From contig CAWCKY010000001.1 of assembly GCA_963796275.1 (NCBI GenBank), positions 384,001 to 448,000 on the forward strand: a DNA stretch of 64,000 nucleotides. Direction: 5' to 3'. Position numbers and translations under genes: made by a program. A model generated the notes under the pieces. The model was not told the origin of the DNA. It made no database searches and worked only from the letters and a program-made list of their open reading frames with translations. This DNA comes from an uncultured Acidobacteriota bacterium (GTDB lineage Bacteria; Acidobacteriota; Blastocatellia; RBC074). Of the stretch, positions 21,014 to 31,459 are shown in pieces (the first letter of the stretch is position 1; each line of letters starts with the position of its first letter).

Positions 21014-22294
21014 TTATTCTTCAGATGGTGGGTTATTTATGCGGGAGCGGAGTTCGCTGGTGGTGATGATGGTTCGGCGTGATTGCTGCTGCGAAGTTTC
21101 CTGGATAAGGTCAGAGGGTTCAAGGTTTAACAATAGATGTGCGGGTTGGCCCTGATCGGTGAGGAGGTCAAGGGTGGTTCGGCGATAGAAATTTGATCGT
21201 TGATAAATACCCTCAAGGAAAACCAAAAGTACTTTAGCGATAGCGATCACCGGGACGGCGAGGATGATCCCGACCAGGCCGAAGAGGTTTCCGCCGATCA
21301 ACAGGCCGGTCAAGACCCAGAGCGGATGGATATGTAGCCGGCTGCCGATGAGTTTTGGCGTCAGGTAATAGCCTTCGACGGTCTGCACGATGACGAAGAC
21401 GACCAGGACGCCGAGAAGGCGTCCGATTCCTGCATTATCGAGCGCCAGAAAAAGCAGTGATAGGACGATACCGATTAGGGTTCCGAGGTATGGGATGAAG
21501 TTGAGCACACCCGCCAACATACCGATGGTAATCGGTAGCGGAACGCTTAAGATCGCGAATCCGAGCGAGTACAGCAGACCCATAATCAACCCGATCAGTA
21601 ATTGGCTGCGAACATAGGATGAAAGTACATTGCTTACCTGCCCTATCAGATCGGATGTTATGATACGGTAGCGCGGCGGGATAAGACGCTCGACCCGCGC
21701 GCGCATGGCGCCATAGTCCGCCAGGAAGTAATAGACCAGGAACGGAATCAGCATCAAGTCCACGAGCGACGTCGTCAGGTTGACCAATCTGAACAATCCG
21801 CTCTGCAGCCAGGCGAATGCGAAACCCATAATACGATCCGGTTCGATCGAACTCATAAATTCGTTAAATTTGGGTCTCACGAACTGATAAAATTGCGGGC
21901 TGAGCCGTTCGATTTTTAAGAGCACCTCATCCAGCCGGGAGGTATCGCTGAACATCAGCTTGGCCAGCTCATATGTCTTCATAAGTTGAGCCCAGACGCC
22001 CGGAACGATGAAGATCAAGATCAGAACGAGAATGACGGTTGCCGCTGTCATTCCCAAAAGGGCGGAGGAGATTCGCGACCACCCTCGCCGTTCGAACCAG
22101 TTAACGACCGGCGCGAGGAGATAGGCCAGGGCCAAGGAACAGAGGAGCGGCACGAGGATGATCCTGATGCCGATGAAGATTGCTATCAGGAAAATGATTG
22201 CAAGTATGATCGCCGGGACCCATCGCATCCACTCGATCGGCCCGCGTTCTTCTATGTTATTAAGATTGTTTCCCGGCTTTTCTTGTTCTTTCAC
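21014..22294 (-). CDS. AI-2E family transporter
   Basis: LAYLLAPVVNWFE, NFIPYLG, QTVEGYYLTPKLIG, HPLWV, GIILAVP. Confidence 0.9.
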   Translation of the reverse strand: MKEQEKPGNNLNNIEERGPIEWMRWVPAIILAIIFLIAIFIGIRIILVPLLCSLALAYLLAPVVNWFERRGWSRISSALLGMTAATVILVLILIFIVPGVWAQLMKTYELAKLMFSDTSRLDEVLLKIERLSPQFYQFVRPKFNEFMSSIEPDRIMGFAFAWLQSGLFRLVNLTTSLVDLMLIPFLVYYFLADYGAMRARVERLIPPRYRIITSDLIGQVSNVLSSYVRSQLLIGLIMGLLYSLGFAILSVPLPITIGMLAGVLNFIPYLGTLIGIVLSLLFLALDNAGIGRLLGVLVVFVIVQTVEGYYLTPKLIGSRLHIHPLWVLTGLLIGGNLFGLVGIILAVPVIAIAKVLLVFLEGIYQRSNFYRRTTLDLLTDQGQPAHLLLNLEPSDLIQETSQQQSRRTIITTSELRSRINNPPSEE

Positions 22295-22343
22295 CGCTCG
22301 ACAACAATAGGCCAGCTGGTAAACCTCAGTTCAAACGAACCGC

Positions 22344-22910
22344 CTACTGCTCCGGATTTTCATTAATCAGACGGTTGACGTGCAGAATATAGTGTAGGCC
22401 TGAAAAAATCGCCATTGCCAGTGTGGCATAATACATAAACAAAAGTAGATTGGGATGTAGATCGAAAGCATTAGAAATCAAAAAGACGACGATCATCAGA
22501 ATTTGCACAAAAGTGTTGATTTTGCCGGGCAATGACGGGCGAAATTTACTGAATCCGGTCGTGATATTGATAACCAGCGCTCCCAGGACTATGAAAACGT
22601 CCCGGCTTATGGCGGTAGCGGTGAGCCAGAACGGTATCGGAGTGATGGTCGTAAACCGATGCATAGAAAGGATAATAAAGGCGGTGACGAGTAATAATTT
22701 ATCCGCCATTGGATCGAGGATCTCGCCAAGGTGAGTTTTCTGATTTAGACTGCGAGCTAACAGGCCGTCGAGCACATCGGTAATTGCAGCAGTTAGGAAG
22801 ATAAAGAGTGCCCAGACAAAACGCTGGTAATATAGTGTCGTGACAAAAATCGGAATTAGTATGAGCCGTAAAACGGTTAATAGATTGGCCGCTGTCAGAA
22901 CGGATAACAT
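22344..22910 (-). CDS. CDP-alcohol phosphatidyltransferase (PgsA-like)
   Basis: ANLLTVLR, TDVLDGLLAR..GEILDPMADK; start set at MLSV. Confidence 0.9.
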   Translation of the reverse strand: MLSVLTAANLLTVLRLILIPIFVTTLYYQRFVWALFIFLTAAITDVLDGLLARSLNQKTHLGEILDPMADKLLLVTAFIILSMHRFTTITPIPFWLTATAISRDVFIVLGALVINITTGFSKFRPSLPGKINTFVQILMIVVFLISNAFDLHPNLLLFMYYATLAMAIFSGLHYILHVNRLINENPEQ

Positions 22911-23057
22911 TGCAATAAATAGCCTGGGCGAAATTCCGGGATTAATCAATTTTGTGATCGCTGTTGAACGATTACAATTTACATTAATACCGTTAGACAA
23001 ACGCTATCATAACTTTTAGATTTTTCTTTTAAAAGCATTTTGAGCAATAATGACCAT

Positions 23058-23798
23058 ATGCGACCTTCGCCTAAAAGAACTCTGGTAATCGGTGATATTC
23101 ATGGCAAGCTGAAACTCTTCACTCGTCTGCTGGAAGCGATGGAGTACAAGCCGGGTGAAGATCGCCTGATATTAATCGGCGATCTGGTCGACCGCGGCGA
23201 AGATTCACGTGGGGTGGTCGCACTCGCCATCGAGTTGACGCGTGAAGCGCTCAATCGTGTCAAAGTTATCAGAGGGAACCACGAAGCGATGATGCTGGCC
23301 GCGCTGGCCTATCCCGAGAGCGAGCAAGCGGAACTCTGGTATTACAATGGCGGAGTCGAGACGCTGCAGAGTTATATGGATGAGGATGGCAATCTCGATG
23401 TGCCGGAGGAGCATTGGGATTTCATGGCATCTCTGCCGACCTGGTATGAAGATGATCATGCGATCTATGTGCACGCATCGCTCCCTGAACGTGACGGCGG
23501 CAGATTTATTCACCCCGCCGAATTGCCGGAGAGCCCGGAACTCTACTGGTCGCGTAACCGCAATTTTTTCTCCGATTACAAAGGCAAGACGGTCGTCTTC
23601 GGTCATACGATTACTGGAATGGTTTTCGGCGAACGCGAAAAAGTATGGTTGCACGATAGCCTGATCTGCGTCGATACCGGAGCTTATCTGACCGGAGTGC
23701 TCTCAGCCATCGAGCTTCCATCGCGCCGCGTCTTCAGCGTGAGCGAAGCGCCCCTAGAACAAGAGCTCGCCGGAAATAGTCGCTGGCTGGCATTATAA
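23058..23798 (+). CDS. Metallophosphoesterase (PPP/PrpA-like Ser/Thr phosphatase)
   Basis: GDIHG, GDLVDRG, RGNHE, VHA, FGHT, DTGA. Confidence 0.9.
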   Translation: MRPSPKRTLVIGDIHGKLKLFTRLLEAMEYKPGEDRLILIGDLVDRGEDSRGVVALAIELTREALNRVKVIRGNHEAMMLAALAYPESEQAELWYYNGGVETLQSYMDEDGNLDVPEEHWDFMASLPTWYEDDHAIYVHASLPERDGGRFIHPAELPESPELYWSRNRNFFSDYKGKTVVFGHTITGMVFGEREKVWLHDSLICVDTGAYLTGVLSAIELPSRRVFSVSEAPLEQELAGNSRWLAL

Positions 23799-23805
23799 AT
23801 TCCCG

Positions 23806-24585
23806 ATGAATCGATCAAGATCGATCACAGAGACCGATAGTTTTCGGGCAGACCTTCTACACATCCACCTATACAAATCACGCGCGGAACTAGGCGCTGC
23901 CATGGCTGCTGCTGTAGCTGTCGAACTGCGCTCTCTCATCAGCGAAAGAAAGAGGGCAGTCGGGATATTCGCTTCCAATCCCGCACAAATCGAATTTTTG
24001 GACTATCTCGTCGGCGCGGCAGATATTGAATGGACGCGCGTCATAGCATTTCATCCTGATGAATATCTGGGCATCAGCGAAATGGCGCCTCAATCATTCA
24101 GACGTTTTATACTGGATCGATTGGTAAAGAGGGTCCCCGTAGCCGAATTTCACGCCATTCGAGGTGAAGCTGCGAATACCGATGCCGTCTGCGCGAACTA
24201 CGCGGCCCTGCTCAAATCGAGGCCTCCGGATTTCGCCGTCCTGGGAATCGGCGAAGACGGCAGTCTCGGATCGCTCTCTCCCGCGGTCTGCGAGTTCAAT
24301 GATTCTTCATCCGTCAAGGTCTTCCAAATCGATGAAGATCACCGCCGCAGGATCGTTGACAATGGATTTTTCAGATCGATCGATGAGGCGCCGCGCGGCA
24401 TTATCTCTCTGACTATCCCGACAATCATGCCTTGCCGAAGTTTATTCGCGGTAGCCCAGGCAGGCATAAATCGTGATGCGCTAAGAAATACTATCGAAGG
24501 TGAAATCCATTCTGCCTATCCCGCGTCGATCCTACGAACTCATCGCAACGCCCATCTTTATCTTGTGGGGGATACAATACAATAG
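23806..24585 (+). CDS. Glucosamine-6-phosphate deaminase/isomerase family protein, degenerate active site
   Basis: AFHPDEYLG..PQSFRRF, LGIGEDG, LTIPTIM, PASILRTH; GH motif replaced by GS. Confidence 0.8.
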   Translation: MNRSRSITETDSFRADLLHIHLYKSRAELGAAMAAAVAVELRSLISERKRAVGIFASNPAQIEFLDYLVGAADIEWTRVIAFHPDEYLGISEMAPQSFRRFILDRLVKRVPVAEFHAIRGEAANTDAVCANYAALLKSRPPDFAVLGIGEDGSLGSLSPAVCEFNDSSSVKVFQIDEDHRRRIVDNGFFRSIDEAPRGIISLTIPTIMPCRSLFAVAQAGINRDALRNTIEGEIHSAYPASILRTHRNAHLYLVGDTIQ

Positions 24586-24671
24586 CCCGGCGGAGGCGCG
24601 GTTCCAGAAAAATAAGGCAAAAAGCGATCAAATCACTCTCGAACTTAATGCACCTTGATTTCCTTTTTTTC

Positions 24672-24998
24672 TTACGGGAAATTCGGATTGGGAGTCATTA
24701 ACACGAGCAGCGATAAGGGTTCGCTGCTGGTGTTTTTCACTCCATGCTCCTGGCCCGCGGGAGCGAAAACGATCTGATTCATACCGAGTTCCTGCGTCTC
24801 GCCTCCGACGAAGAACGTCCCGCAACCATCAAGCACGTAGTAAATTTTGTCTTCCAACTTATGTGCGTGGACTTTCTGTTCCTGGCCGGGTTCGAGGCAA
24901 TAGACGTCGCAAAAGAAATTTCTGGTCTCGAAGAGATTTATCTTCTGCATCTTATCGGGCGCGAATAGCCTCAATGCAAATACATCTTTATATTCCAT
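24672..24998 (-). CDS. Cupin domain protein
   Basis: PGQEQKVHAH..DKIYYVLDG..APAGQEHGVKN. Confidence 0.85.
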   Translation of the reverse strand: MEYKDVFALRLFAPDKMQKINLFETRNFFCDVYCLEPGQEQKVHAHKLEDKIYYVLDGCGTFFVGGETQELGMNQIVFAPAGQEHGVKNTSSEPLSLLVLMTPNPNFP

Positions 24999-25005
24999 AA
25001 GCTGA

Positions 25006-25431
25006 TTATCGCTCGTCCTTAACCTGGTTAGCTTTTGACACTTGCGAGGCGTGATGATGGATCATCCGCCATCCCCCGCCGATCCGCTGAAACAGATTGG
25101 TCGCCGTCGTTCGAGCGGAGACGGGTGCCGATGTCCGATCGAGAAAGAGGGCTATGTTTTCGTTACAGGAGACCAGGGCGAAATCCCCCTCTATCTTGAT
25201 CTCGACATCTGTCGCGGAGACACGCATACCCGCCGGCGCGCTGAATATGTTCTCCCAGCTCTGATAGACCCCGTCCCAACCTATTATCAATTCCCATCCG
25301 GGATGGATACATTTCACCCAGTCTTCGTGCAGCCATACCTCGGACATCTCATCCAAATCGGCATTTTCCAGGGCGCGATAGAAGCGCTCGTTGGCCTCTT
25401 CAACCGCCTCCATTTCAAACGCTGCTTGCAT
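25006..25431 (-). CDS. SnoaL-like/NTF2-family protein
   Basis: ANERFYRALE, CIHPGW, ATNLFQR..GWRMIHHHAS. Confidence 0.88.
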   Translation of the reverse strand: MQAAFEMEAVEEANERFYRALENADLDEMSEVWLHEDWVKCIHPGWELIIGWDGVYQSWENIFSAPAGMRVSATDVEIKIEGDFALVSCNENIALFLDRTSAPVSARTTATNLFQRIGGGWRMIHHHASQVSKANQVKDER

Positions 25432-25485
25432 TTCGAACCTCCTCGTAACCGATCAGAGCGAACGTAAAATACTATCCAAAATAAA

Positions 25486-25543
25486 GAAACATACGAAATA
25501 CCAGATATATTCCGTATGTTTCGATATGTTTCGAATATTTCTT
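25486..25543. repeat. Short-repeat palindrome (GAAACATACG/CGTATGTTTC)
   Basis: gaaacatacgaaata..tattccgtatgtttcgatatgtttcgaatatttc. Confidence 0.6.
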
Positions 25544-25556
25544 ATTCTCTCTTGAT

Positions 25557-26384
25557 TCAGGGCAGAATCGCAATGATTCGCGCCGGGCCACCGGTGCCGC
25601 CTTTTATCTTCATGGGAAGCGCGATGAGCGTTGCGCCCTGGGCGGGCAGTTGATCCAATTTGGCGATATTTTCCAGCCCATAAATATTTGCGCCGTTTAG
25701 AATTTGATGCGCAATGAAATCCTGCGAGGGGCCATGATCCAGACTCGCCGTGTCAATGCCGATGCCATCGATCCTTCTTTGTTTAGACAGAAAATCGGCA
25801 GCTTCCCGTGAAATACCGGGGAAATGCAAATTTGCGACATCGCCTGGGGCATCGGTTCCCATATATCTTTTCTTATCCGTCCAGAACTTACCCCATCCGG
25901 TACGGACGAGTACTATCGACTCATCAGGAATGCGCCCGTTGATATTCTCCCAGGCATTGATGTCTTCGGCGGTCAAGCGGTAATCCGGATCCTTCTCGCA
26001 GGCCTTCACAATATCGATGACGGCTGCCGGTCCTATCAGCCGCGATAGCGGTATCTGATCGATCGATGATTTGCCCTGACCGAAATGGATCGGTGAATCG
26101 ATGTGCGTACCACCGTGTTCGCTCGCAGAGTATCGGGCAGCGGCATACCAAAAACGGGCCTCGGTAACTCCCCACGATTCTTTCTCCCACAAAAATGGTT
26201 GGGCGGTCGGCCAATATATGGTCGCTTCATCGAAGTTGTAGGTGAGATCGATTACTTTCGATTCGTCGACGCTGTTCGATTGAGCGAATAGCTCTTTGGG
26301 AAGTTCCCTCGCAGCCCGCTCGCCGCTACATCCGGATATAGCAATGATCGAGATCAGTGTGGCACTGATAATAGTTTTTTTCAT
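25557..26384 (-). CDS. Cyclase family (kynurenine formamidase-like) protein with lipoprotein signal
   Basis: EHGGTHIDSPIHF, GIDTASLD, GLENIA, PMKIKGGTGGPARI; IAISGC lipobox. Confidence 0.88.
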   Translation of the reverse strand: MKKTIISATLISIIAISGCSGERAARELPKELFAQSNSVDESKVIDLTYNFDEATIYWPTAQPFLWEKESWGVTEARFWYAAARYSASEHGGTHIDSPIHFGQGKSSIDQIPLSRLIGPAAVIDIVKACEKDPDYRLTAEDINAWENINGRIPDESIVLVRTGWGKFWTDKKRYMGTDAPGDVANLHFPGISREAADFLSKQRRIDGIGIDTASLDHGPSQDFIAHQILNGANIYGLENIAKLDQLPAQGATLIALPMKIKGGTGGPARIIAILP

Positions 26385-26425
26385 CGTCTCCCTCCGAAAT
26401 AGTGAGATGTACTTCGAACTAATTT

Positions 26426-27088
26426 TTATTGTCTCAGGGCATGATCAGGGGGAAATGACTCGTCGTTTCCGTGTAACGTGGCAATACCACGATACATCTC
26501 AGCCATGATGCGCGGTGCATTGGGCATGAGGAAACGATCGAGAGACATGATTTCGAATCCGGCGGATTTTATCAAATTATCTATCGGGCGATTCAAATTA
26601 CACCCCGCCGCAATTATTCGTTGAATTGGGTTGAAGATATCCTGTCGACGGGCGATGGCGCGATCATCGCTGCGACCGTGTTCGAGGAAGACAAACCGGC
26701 CGCCGGGTTTCATCACACGGGCGATTTCAGATAGCGCAGGAGAGACTTCGGCGATCGAGCAGAGCGTCATTGTCGTTACTACCGTATCGAAACGCTTATC
26801 GACAAAGGGCATTCGCCCGCTCGCGTCAAGTTGCAGCTTGATCACCGGAATTGGGCAATCGGCAATCCGCTTTTCTACTCTCCGCTGCATCATGTTCTCA
26901 GAATCTATGACTGTCAGGTTTGTTACGGTTTCGGGGTAATAAGGGAGATTGAGACCAGTGCCGAAGCCTACTTCAAGCGTTTCTCCGCGTGCCGCGGCAA
27001 GCGCCGTCCGCCGGCAATTGCCAATTTCAGTAGTACCTAAACTCCACTCGAGTATATGGGGGAAGATGTGCTTCGAATAGATTCCCAT
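26426..27088 (-). CDS. Class I SAM-dependent methyltransferase
   Basis: LEVGFGTGLN, FDTVVTTMTLCS, KPGGRFVFLEHG. Confidence 0.9.
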   Translation of the reverse strand: MGIYSKHIFPHILEWSLGTTEIGNCRRTALAAARGETLEVGFGTGLNLPYYPETVTNLTVIDSENMMQRRVEKRIADCPIPVIKLQLDASGRMPFVDKRFDTVVTTMTLCSIAEVSPALSEIARVMKPGGRFVFLEHGRSDDRAIARRQDIFNPIQRIIAAGCNLNRPIDNLIKSAGFEIMSLDRFLMPNAPRIMAEMYRGIATLHGNDESFPPDHALRQ

Positions 27089-27377
27089 GCTTCAACAAAT
27101 CAGTAATCCAACCTGCAACTAATGATAACCGGATGCAGGTTGAAAAATTTGTAATTGATCGCGATATTGTGATGCCACGCGCTGACGCATCCGCGACAAA
27201 CAATCTCTCAATAGTCGTCCTGATCGAATCCCTACCGTCCTTGAGAAACGCTCGCGGGCAGTGCCGGGAGCGGACCGCTCAACGACATTATAGTTCGTTG
27301 AGAGTAGGTAGAATGATATTGTAGGATGTAGATTCGCGCTATGTCGCTATTTTTATAGTCATCTGAAAGGGGCCCTT

Positions 27378-30300
27378 ATGCAAGACGAGCGAGATATTGC
27401 CAGCATTATTGCCACAGACTTCGGTGCGAATGCCACTTATGTCGAAGACCTCATGCGGCAGTATCAACATAATCCGGATTCGGTCGGTGAAGAATGGGGC
27501 GAATATTTTCAATCCATTATCGGCACGGATGGGTCGGTTAAATCCGAACAGAAGCCGGTAAACGGCGGAGGAGCGAGGGCTGCGGCCGCCCAACAGGCGA
27601 GCGCCGCAGGGGAGCAGCCTGCACAACTGACGGCAGCGCAGGTGACAGCCCAACCGGTGCCTGTATCGAACGAACCAGTCTCCGGCGCTGCCCAGCTCGC
27701 TACTCCCGAACGGACGCCAATTCGCGGCCCCGCTTTGAAGATAGTCGAGAATATGGAGACGAGTCTCGCTGTGCCGACGGCGACCTCGGCTCGTCAAATT
27801 CAGATCAAGGTCCTCGATGAAAACCGCCGGTGGATCAACCGGCACCGCGAGACACAGGGAAGAGGCAAGACGTCATACACTCACTTCATCGCCTGGGCGG
27901 TAATCAAAACGCTCGCTAAATATCCGCAATTGAATGACGGCTACGACGAGGTGGATGGCGGCGCTTTCCGCGTGCGCCGGCCAGATGTCAATCTCGGCGT
28001 TGCCGTTGATGTTCAGAAGAAAGACGGGTCGCGGTCACTGCTTGTGCCCAACGTCAGGGGTGTAAACCTGCTGACTTTCACGCAGTTCGTCGATGCCTAT
28101 CAGGACGTGGTGACGCGCGCTCGCGCGGGCAAGCTGCAGGTCAGCGATTTCCAGGCCACGACTATCTCGATCACCAACCCGGGAACAATAGGGACAGTTG
28201 CATCGAATCCTCGACTGATGGCGGGCCAGGGCGCAATAATCGCCACGGGGGCGATCGAATATCCGGCGGAATATGCGGCAATGACCGAAGAGGCGCTCTC
28301 TCAACTTGGTATCAGCAAAATATTTACTATCACCAACACTTATGATCACCGCATCATACAGGGCGCTGAATCGGGTTTGTTTCTCGCTTATATCCACGAG
28401 CTTTTGCTGGGAAAACACGGATTCTACGAAGAGGTATTCGCGGATATCGGGATCACCTATAAACCGCTGCGCTGGGCGGTGGATGTCAATCCGTTGCTTT
28501 CGGGCGTCGACCGTGAAAAACAGGAGATCAAAAAACAGGCGAGACTATTCGAATTCATTAATGCTTACCGCGTCCGCGGCCATCTGATCGCGGACATCGA
28601 CCCGCTCAACATGGTGCCGATTCACGAGCATCCGGAACTCGATGCCGAAACATATGGGCTGTCGATCTGGGATCTTGATCGCACCTTTTTCACCGGAGGC
28701 CTGGGAGGTAAGGAAGAGTCGACATTTCGCGAGACCTGGGCGATGCTGGTCCGCTATTACTGCGGCAAGGTGGGCACCGAGAGCCGTCACATTCAGAGCC
28801 AAGAGCAGAAGCAATGGCTGCGCGAGCGGATTGAGCGCGACCCGGAGTCTCTCCCGGTCGAAACGAAAAAACAGTTGCTCCAAAGACTGATCGCAGCCGA
28901 ACAATTCGAGAAGTTTCTGCATACGAAATATCTGGGTCAGAAGCGATTCTCGGTCGAGGGCGGTGAATCGATTATCGCCATCCTCGATCAGTTGATCATC
29001 GGAGCTGCAATCGCGCGGAGTCAAAGAGATCGTAATGGGAATGGCGCATCGCGGGCGTCTGACAGTCTTCGCCAATGTCATCGGCAATTTCAGCGAGCGC
29101 ATCTTTACTGCCTTTGAGGGCTCTGTACATCCGAGCTTCCCGGCAGACGAGGGCGACGTGAAGTATCACCAGGGTGCGACCGGTTCACGGGAGATCGGTG
29201 AGCGGGAGATACAATTGACCATACTGCCGAATCCGAGCCATCTTGAGTTCGTCGATCCGGTCGTGGAAGGGATAACGCGCGCCAAGCAGGACGCCCTCCT
29301 GACACGGGAGATAGGACGCGAAGAGTCGCGCGATCGCGTCATGCCGGTCCTGATTCACGGTGACGCGGCATTCGCAGGTCAGGGAATAGTCACAGAGACA
29401 TTGAATCTCGCCGATCTGAAAGGCTATCGTACTGGCGGAACCATCCATTTGATCATCAACAACCAGATCGGATTTACGACCTCGCCGGAATCGGGGCGCT
29501 CCTCCATCTATTCGACCGACGTAGCTAAGATGACGCAGCTCCCCATCTTCCATATAAACGCCGACGATGTGGAGGCGGCCTACCATGTCCTGCAGACCGC
29601 ACTCGATTTCCGGATGAAATTCCGCAAGGACGTCGTCATCGATCTCGTCGGCTTCCGCCGCCACGGCCACAACGAAGGGGACGAACCGAGCTATACACAG
29701 CCCCTGATGTATCAGCGCGTTAGGGAACACCCGGGAGTGCGGGAGATCTATACGCGGCAGTTGATCCGCGAGGGCGTGGTGACGCAGGATGAGGTCAACC
29801 AGATGATAGAAGATCGCTGGCGGCGCTACGAGAATGCCCTGATCGGAGCGAAGGAGATCGTCGCCCGGCAGAAAGAGATCACGAAACTTCCCGACCCGAA
29901 ACCAGAGATCGACGGATCGGAGATCATCGAGACGGGCGTTCCGCTCGAAGTTATCGGCGAAGTCACGCGAGCGATGAGCGTCATACCTCAGGGTTTCACT
30001 ATTAACCCCAAGATGGTCGGACAGATGTCGCGGCGCGCGAAGATGGGTGCGGGTGAAATTCCGGTCGATTGGGGTTTCGCTGAGGGGCTGGCCTTCGGCT
30101 CACTGGTATTGGAGGGCTCATCGATACGCCTGTCAGGCCAGGACTGCGGGCGCGGCACATTCAGCCAGCGCCATGCGATCCTCTACGATACGCGAACCGG
30201 CTCAGCCATGGGTTCCGCTCGAATCGCTATGTCAGAACGGAACGAGGTTCGAAGTCTTAGATAGCTCCCTATCCGAAGCCGGCGTTCTCGGTTACGAATA

Positions 30301-31083
30301 CGGTTATTCGCTCGGTTCGCAAAACGGGTTGACTATGTGGGAGGCGCAGTTCGGCGATTTCGCTAACGGAGCGCAGGTAATCATCGATCAATTCATAGTC
30401 CCCGCTGAAGACAAATGGCAACAGAGATCGCGCCTGGTGATGTTGCTCCCCCACGGTTACGAAGGGCAGGGACCGGAGCATTCGAGCGCGCGTCTGGAGA
30501 GGTTTCTGCAACTATGCGCAGAAGACGATATTCAGGTCTGTTATCCGACCACTTCGGCGCAGTATTTTCATCTCCTGCGCCGCCAGGTCAAGCAGGAGCT
30601 GAGCAAACCGCTGGTGGTGATGACGCCCAAGAGCCTGCTCCGATTGCCGCAGGCAGCGTCATCGCTCGATCAATTAACGAGCGGCGGGTTCTTGCCAGTA
30701 ATTGGCGACGCTATCAGGCCGGAAGGCGTCGGGCGCGTGGTCATTTGCAGCGGAAAGGTCTATTTCGATCTGATGGCTCAGATGGAGAAGCAGAACGAAG
30801 GGCGGATTGCGATTTTGCGGCTGGAGCAATTCTATCCCTTCCCGCAGCGTTTATTGCAACAGTGGCTCGCGGCATTCTCGAAAGCGAAGAGATCTTCTGG
30901 GTGCAGGAGGAGCCGCAGAATATGGGCGGGTGGAGCTTCATGCGCCCGAGATTGGAAGCATTGCTACGCAAGGGCCAGGAACTGCGTTATGTGGGGCGTA
31001 CGGCGAGCGCGAGCCCGGCGATCGGGTCGTATACGATTCACCAATTGGAGCAGGCACAGGTGATGAAAGAGGCGTTTGGCTGA
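27378..31083 (+). CDS. kgd: Multifunctional 2-oxoglutarate dehydrogenase/decarboxylase (E2-like plus E1, Kgd/OdhA type); three apparent frameshifts
   Basis: [71 protein letters not shown] spread over four frames; indels near 29010, 30201, 30888. Confidence 0.92.
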
Positions 31084-31178
31084 TAGATCGAGATGAGGCT
31101 CTCGAAAACCCTATACTTCGCCAATAAAGATGGCAGGCTCAACTGCCTGCCTATGATTTACTTTAAGCTTTTTACGGT

Positions 31179-31253
<75 letters not shown>

Positions 31254-31459
31254 GGAAATCTAAAACCTGCAATGAACCAGACGACTGTATAACACGGCAG
31301 ATCGACTGTTTTCAAGACAATTAGCCGCTTGATCTCATCAGAGTGGATAGAATTCCACGTAATTCCCGTTTGACGGAGCTCTTTCAATGATGCTATAGAA
31401 CCTCTTTCTTTTCCCGGGCTTGAACCGTGGGGCATTCAATCAAAGAGGATATATCCGCA

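Noticed and set aside
27249-27275. CGGCACTGCCCGC on the minus strand resembling part of a cobalamin riboswitch
   Set aside because: Lacks the GGGAA/CGGTG core and the B12 box
29000-30900. Programmed frameshifting or pseudogenisation of kgd
   Set aside because: Catalytic motifs are intact, no slippery heptamers, and similar indels hit essential fusA, rplV and argS
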